Notes under the pieces: model-generated
Databases searched by the model: none
Seen by the model: only the letters and a program-made list of their open reading frames with translations
Told to the model about the DNA's origin: nothing
NCBI GenBank assembly: GCA_000934665.2
Contig: KZ538899.1
Coordinates: forward strand, 1-41,583
Source: Catajapyx aquilonaris
Taxonomy: Eukaryota
Length of the DNA stretch: 41,583 nucleotides
Direction of reading: 5' to 3'
Translations under genes and position numbers: made by a program
Shown here: positions 36,181-41,583 of the stretch, in pieces
Numbering within the stretch: the first letter of the stretch is position 1
Layout of the letters: each line of letters opens with the position of its first letter

Positions 36181-37620
36181 CCTTCGGTAAAGTATCGGTC
36201 AACCAAAAATACCTCGTAGTTATAATCACTATACTTAAATCCCACTATATTATGTTTAAAATAGATACGGGCACGTAAACGACAAACAGAACCCAATATA
36301 ATTATTTTCATGCGAACATATTATATTTAAAGCCACATCACAGTAGCCTTTACATCCGGATGTATAGAATACTCTGCGCCCTAGTAATATTGCATTGCGG
36401 ACTTTGTTTTCAAATATGAAAGTCAGCAGGGAGCTTCGTATTTCGTCTGCCACCTGCTTCACACAATTTACAAAGAACGTCTTCCTGCCTTTCCTGCGCA
36501 ACACGTTCGCAGAATTAGGGACTCCTTTTTTGCATGTTCCTGGCGGAAGGTGCTTTGTCCGGAAAACTACTAGAAATTATTTTGTGTACCCTACTCCATA
36601 TATTTTTTTGAAAGAGGGACGCGAATGATGTTGGCGAGGAAAAGCCGTCCGGTGAGAGAGAAGTATTATCATCCAACCAGCTCGGACTCCAGAATAGCCT
36701 TGTCTGTAGTCTACTTCAGAACTCACACCATTTACATTACTTTGAATGACTTGAAAAAATCAGTGAGCATAAAATTAAAAGAGTTTGATCTAATTAATAC
36801 CATTAAAATAAAAGTCTGGCCATTGTTAGTGCGGTAGCTGTAAATATGGGAGCAGAGGATCCATGGTGTAGCATGCTCGGGCTTTGAAATATACAAGACT
36901 ATAACTTTTAATGGTTGTGTACAGCACTAGCTCGTCCTCGTTTGGAGTGGATAAGTACACTCACCCCTCGTAAGTAATTGAGGCCCTTTGTACTAGGAAG
37001 AAAACCGCGAGTCGGGCATTAATCAAGCTGAACACGCGAAAGTAAACAATTGCGTAGTTTCCTCTGCGGCATTTCCCGACCTCAAATAATTTCCAGCAAG
37101 TTTCCTGAAAACGTCCGTTGCGTTTCCTTTCATCATCGTCTTACTGAGAACCTCACTAAGCTTTTGTGAACCCATCCACTCGGAGACCCGTGTGAAAACG
37201 GCTATAATTACTGTACAAATCGGGAGCTATTTTTGTGAATGCAAGCTGTACGGAGAAGCCACTCGCAACATCAAAAAATTGAGGTCGTCACGAGCACCCA
37301 AGTTAGTGCCCTATATAAAGAAAATTTCACTAACTGAAAATACCACTTTAATAAAAATACGTATCATACTGTTTGTTTCATCCCAAATGTCCGTGGAGGT
37401 TGGAGATTATTTGGTACTATGCTACTTATTTTTAAGCAATTACTCTCGAACAGTTACTTCTATCTCGGTTAGTCACAATAACAGTCATCTGCTAGTATTG
37501 GGTTAAATAAAAGCATCGATTCAGTCTCTAAATTATTGCAATGAATTTCAGAGCTTAAAACTTTGCCAGTAACTCTTTTAGACTGACGTCACCAGAGGTC
37601 AATGGTTGAACCCGGTAGAT

Positions 37621-37881
37621 CAGTGATTCCCAACCTTTTTTCGGGTCGCGACCACCTTTTATGATAGTCATGTAACCTTCAACCCCCCCCCCCCCCCCNC
37701 CCAGTGTTAGTAGGCGTTGAAAAAACCTTCATGGTGAAATTTCCTATGTTTATTTTATTTGTTTTTAAATTTTATTTGTTTTTAAATTTATAAAAATAAC
37801 CGCCGCCACGCGCGACTTCCCGGAAAAGACTTCGCAATTCCCTTGGGGTAGGGGTCGCGACCCACAGGTTGGGAACCACTG
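37621..37881. mobile_element. hAT (Charlie/Tip100-like) MITE
   Basis: TIR CAGTGATTCCCAACCT / AGGTTGGGAACCACTG; GGTCGCGACC subterminal palindromes; 8-bp TSD CGGTAGAT / CGTTAGAT (1 mismatch). Confidence 0.92.
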
Positions 37882-38023
37882 CGTTAGATGGTTTAGGTTT
37901 ATTAAGAAGAAGCCAAAGCAACTACGTATGGCTAGAGTCGCTAGACCATCCTACTGTAGTTGAAGATGATTCACCCACTCGACCTAATATTAGCTACTTT
38001 TAATATTTTCATAGCCTGTAAAG

Positions 38024-38085
38024 CAGTGGTTTTGAAACTGCGGTACGTGTACCTCTGGGGGTACGCGAACACAATTTGGGGGGTA
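38024..38085 (+). mobile_element. hAT MITE 5' end fragment
   Basis: CAGTGGTTTTGAAACTGCGGTACGTGTACCTCTGGGGGTACGCG; breaks off at the SINE that follows. Confidence 0.6.
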
Positions 38086-38087
38086 CT

Positions 38088-38233
38088 ACCGAAGCAGTGG
38101 TGACGTAGGGGATATGGTATCCGACTGCTAATCGGGAGGTCCTGGGTTCGAATCCCGGTGCCGGCAACTCTAACCGTGGTTTTCTGTGGTTTCCCACGGT
38201 TCCTCCAGGAGAATTCCGGAGTTGTTTCCTAAA
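38088..38233 (+). mobile_element. SINE family A head/body, 3' truncated
   Basis: Closely matches 19953-20098; a further body fragment lies at about 38636-38690. Confidence 0.88.
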
Positions 38234-38707
38234 CCCCGCTGCCACCCCCATCATCATAGACTGGTAGACTAGTAGTAGTAGTAATTAGGAATGGAGTAGT
38301 AGGAATGGTAATAGTAGTAGTAGGAATGTTGGCAAATAAGGTAGATAACAATCTGTAAGACTCATATTGCACTGTATATAATTATAATAAATTAACATTA
38401 TTTCAGGTTCCTAGAGCCTCCTGCATGTGGTCATTTGAAACTTGAAAAAATTTCACGTTTTCAGAACTTTGGCCCTCAACATCTCAGCTCTGCATCTCTG
38501 ATTTGTACGTAGTAGCCTACTGTTAGCTTTTTAGTACACACTATGAAGTACCATTTGCATCCTTAGTAAAGCAAGCAGAATGTGTATGCCAAGGTGTATG
38601 GTACAGATTATTTATCTTACTTGCTAACATTATTTATTCCAGGATGGCTTACTTTGAGAATAGCCACAGCAGCTTCCTTCCCTGCCCTTCTCGTCGCATA
38701 TACAGTA

Positions 38708-39008
38708 CAGTATTGGTCATTAATTGAGGCATATTGCTAGCGACATATTCTGAAGCGCCAGAAGAAGGAATCTTGCTCGCCCTGCTTGCACTGTCCTTAT
38801 CTTCGATTCCTTCTTCTGACGCTCCCGAAAATGTCGCTAGCCACCAGTTGCTAGAATGCCACGATCAATGTCCAATACTGTACAGTTTTGGTCATATATC
38901 GAGGCAACCGACAGCGACATTTTCCGAAGCGGCAGAAGAAGGAATCGAAGATAAGCATACTTACAAGTCGGGCGAGCAAGATTCCTTCTTCTGCCGCTTC
39001 GGAGAATT
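38708..39008. mobile_element. Two adjacent copies of one Tc1/mariner-type MITE in opposite orientation
   Basis: TA|CAGTATTGGTCA...TGTCCAATACTG|TA|CAGTTTTGGTCA...; copy 1 is 38708-38880 and copy 2 is 38883 to about 39008 (truncated); their central spacers are approximate reverse complements. Confidence 0.85.
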
Positions 39009-39330
39009 TTATTGATAATTGAGGTGACTACATTTACGGTCTCGCAACTAAAATGTTTTTATACGTACTTGGCAATTATTATCAAAAAAGGGTTCTCCAG
39101 ATTTTGCGGAAATCTCAAGTAAACATTACCCTGATCATTTTAAGTGCCATTCAAAAGAAATAGTAGAGGTCGATTATTATTGATCAATATCAAAATCAAA
39201 AATTGGCCGTCATCTTGGATTTAAAGTCTTTGGATTTTTCCATTTTGAGCATACCTTCCGAATACGCATATCAAATATAAGATTTGACCTGACCTACTCC
39301 TAGTTATGGTCCTCCAAATGAGGTGACTAC

Positions 39331-39588
39331 ATGCATGGAATGGCGGACCCGGATGCATTACTTTCGAATTGGTACCATCACATTTGTCTCCATTTTTATT
39401 TTAAAATAATTTTTGTGTGGGAAAGGACAGTAAACAGTCCTACCTTGGTAAATTAATCAACATGACACATCCTTTCGTTCACGTCCTTTCGCACCAAAAA
39501 ATTATTTTAAAGTAAAAATGGAGACAAATGTGATGGTACCAATGTGAGAATTCGAAAGTAATGCGTCAGGGTCCGCCATTTCATGCAT
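39331..39588. mobile_element. Foldback MITE with ~98-bp arms
   Basis: atgcatggaatggcggaccc...gaaaggac is inverted to gtcctttc...gggtccgccatttcatgcat. Confidence 0.85.
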
Positions 39589-39974
39589 TCCTTTTCAAAT
39601 ATTTATTGGACCAGGTTATGGACCAATGCGAAAAATAAGGTCAGGAGTGAGTTCACAACATTTGCATGAAGGGGAACTCATGGAAAAGGGTCATAATAAC
39701 CTTATCTGGCGCGGAATATGACCAGGGGTCCTCCAAGGCAACAAGCAAAATAAACGCAAAACAGATAGGATGTTTAGATGAGTCACAGAGGCGAAGTTAT
39801 TAATGGAATTGCGAGAGCGAAGGTGCTCAGATGTTCTCAAGATTATGCTTCAAAAGATAGTGTACATTAGAACTGCTTGTGGACTTTTAAAAGATGTGAA
39901 AAGACGCTGTGAAAAGTAGGGTTAAAAAACCTGGGGGGGGGGGGGGGGGTCCAAAACTTTCCGTCCACCCTGTA

Positions 39975-40288
39975 TTTTGCCCGAACAGTTATCGGAAAAT
40001 TGCACGTAGCTGTTACTTTGTAAGCAGTGACTTGCAAACGGTGATTTTTCGGAGGAACGGGGAATATTCCCTGCGAATCGTAGGTTGAAGTGGCATACGT
40101 GCTGCCTGCTGAAAATTGAGGGTCAAGCCTGGAAAAAAGAAGGTCACACATGCCATGGGATGTGCGACCCTCTTTTTCTCAATTCCCCATTCCTCCTACA
40201 AATCACCGGTTGCAAGTCACTGCTTACAAAGTAGCAGCTACGTGCAATTTTCCGATAACTGTTCGGACAAAAAAGTTGAAACACCCTG
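39975..40288. mobile_element. Tc1/mariner-type MITE with left terminus lost
   Basis: About 73-bp arms (39975-40048 / 40200-40272); right end GAAACACCCTG|TA; the left end abuts another ...CACCCTG|TA terminus at about 39951-39974. Confidence 0.85.
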
Positions 40289-40759
40289 TATATTGATGAC
40301 CATCCATTTTAAGCTTTTTTTCCCCACTGGAGTAGACGTATGACCTTTTTGACGAGTTGTCAGCAGCATGTAGAGAATTAACATTTTGCATACTTTGCTT
40401 TCTTGGGGGTAGTCATTTGACACATGCAGATGTGTTTCCCTTTTCTTCTTGTTCTGACTCTAACAAGGGAACGGTACTTGCTGTAAGTTGAGTTGCCCTA
40501 TGACACTTGGCATAGGGCAAGAAACCACATGGTTGATGCGAAAAGTGAAGTCTGTTGCGGCTGACATACAAGAGTTTACGAGATAATGGCTTTTAAAGTT
40601 TCCTATAGCAGCTGAGGTGGTGGTGGTATTTCTCAGGATAACTAGTTATGGTATAGAAAATAGCATATCTATCATCTATTTATTTACAGTTTTTACAACC
40701 TTTATGATAAGCAATTGTGAACATTAATGATATCATGCTCGAAGCAATAATAATTTGAT

Positions 40760-41110
40760 TCTAGATACAATATTGTTCCGTGCTTTGAACTTGATCACCC
40801 ATGATGGTGATGCTTTGAAAAATGTGTTTGGATTAACAGCTCTCTTGTGTTCCAAGGCAACTGCAGTAATGTAATGTCATGAATGGTGGCATATGAGGGC
40901 CTACAAGTCTCTTAAAATCTGCCAAAGTGCGTCTGTTGATTTCTCGGTGTGCTTCCTGTGCTATTGGCTATTCCAAACAGACCTACCCGCCGACGTAAGG
41001 CATATCGGGTTATAGACTGTTCATTTGATGTCCTTTCAACTGTTTAAAACGATTGGCAACTGAAGTCCATGATTGACGATCCCCCTTTTCAAATCTTGTG
41101 CCATCATATG
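40760..41110 (-). pseudogene. pogo/Tigger-like transposase N-terminal (CENP-B-type HTH) remnant
   Basis: Manual translation of 40819-40760 gives FKASPSWVIKFKARNNIVSR (pattern FKASxGWLxRFKxRHxI); upstream frameshifted IHDITL...ALE and SWTSVANRFKQL. Not in the ORF track. Confidence 0.75.
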
Positions 41111-41583
41111 TGGAGTGACCAATCAAAACGCAACAAACGCCAAAATTTTCAAAATCGAGTTATAGGAGGTAGCACGTCCTTGAGGCTCGGGTCTACGTGT
41201 GTGTTAGATTGTGGCATTTCTAAATGCAATATCTACCGTGTTATAAGGGCTGGAAAATGGAGTGTTGCTTCAAAACGCAATATGTGACCCATACCGGCTA
41301 CTTCATAACGCAACATGTGCCAAGCAGCCAATGAGAGAGTGCGGTGCGCAACTGTTACAAATGGTCGCCGATATCTTACCAACCCCATAGAGTAAGCTAA
41401 CCAACCCACACAGTACTACAGTAGTACGTATGTTGTTCTCATCGACTCGCTCCAACCCCGAAGGGTGTATAAGTAATAAATTTTTTAAAAAAATAGCTAA
41501 TAATGTTCTCATGATTAGCATTGTGTTTAGATAATAATTAGTGTCAAGGATATGGTCAAGGATATGGTATCATGGTTCCTGCT

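Noticed and set aside
36256..36560. Possible transposase C-terminus or host exon
   Set aside because: No diagnostic Cys spacing, catalytic motif or convincing splice sites.
8866..38233. tRNA genes at the A/B-box sites
   Set aside because: The cloverleaves are imperfect and each continues into a SINE body, tail or TSD.

Overview
Repeat-dense eukaryotic genomic DNA, probably intronic or intergenic. An arthropod (hemimetabolous-insect-like) source is inferred from the element types. I find no intact host protein-coding gene, tRNA, rRNA or CRISPR array, and most listed ORFs are artefacts of repeats. Contents: two decayed R1-clade-like non-LTR retrotransposon segments in tandem (RT with YADD, RNase H, CCHC knuckle); fragments of a mariner and a pogo/Tigger-like transposase; a MADF-domain exon beside a Harbinger terminus; at least three tRNA-derived SINE families (one V-SINE-like), several complete with 14-15 bp target-site duplications (TSDs) and most sharing a 3' stem-loop; and about 15 MITE or foldback elements of several superfamilies, with MITE-in-MITE and SINE-in-MITE nesting. 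TE-free islands rich in homeodomain-type motifs may be enhancers. I do not see a new multi-gene system; the best leads are the modular SINEs, the MADF exon and the palindrome architecture.
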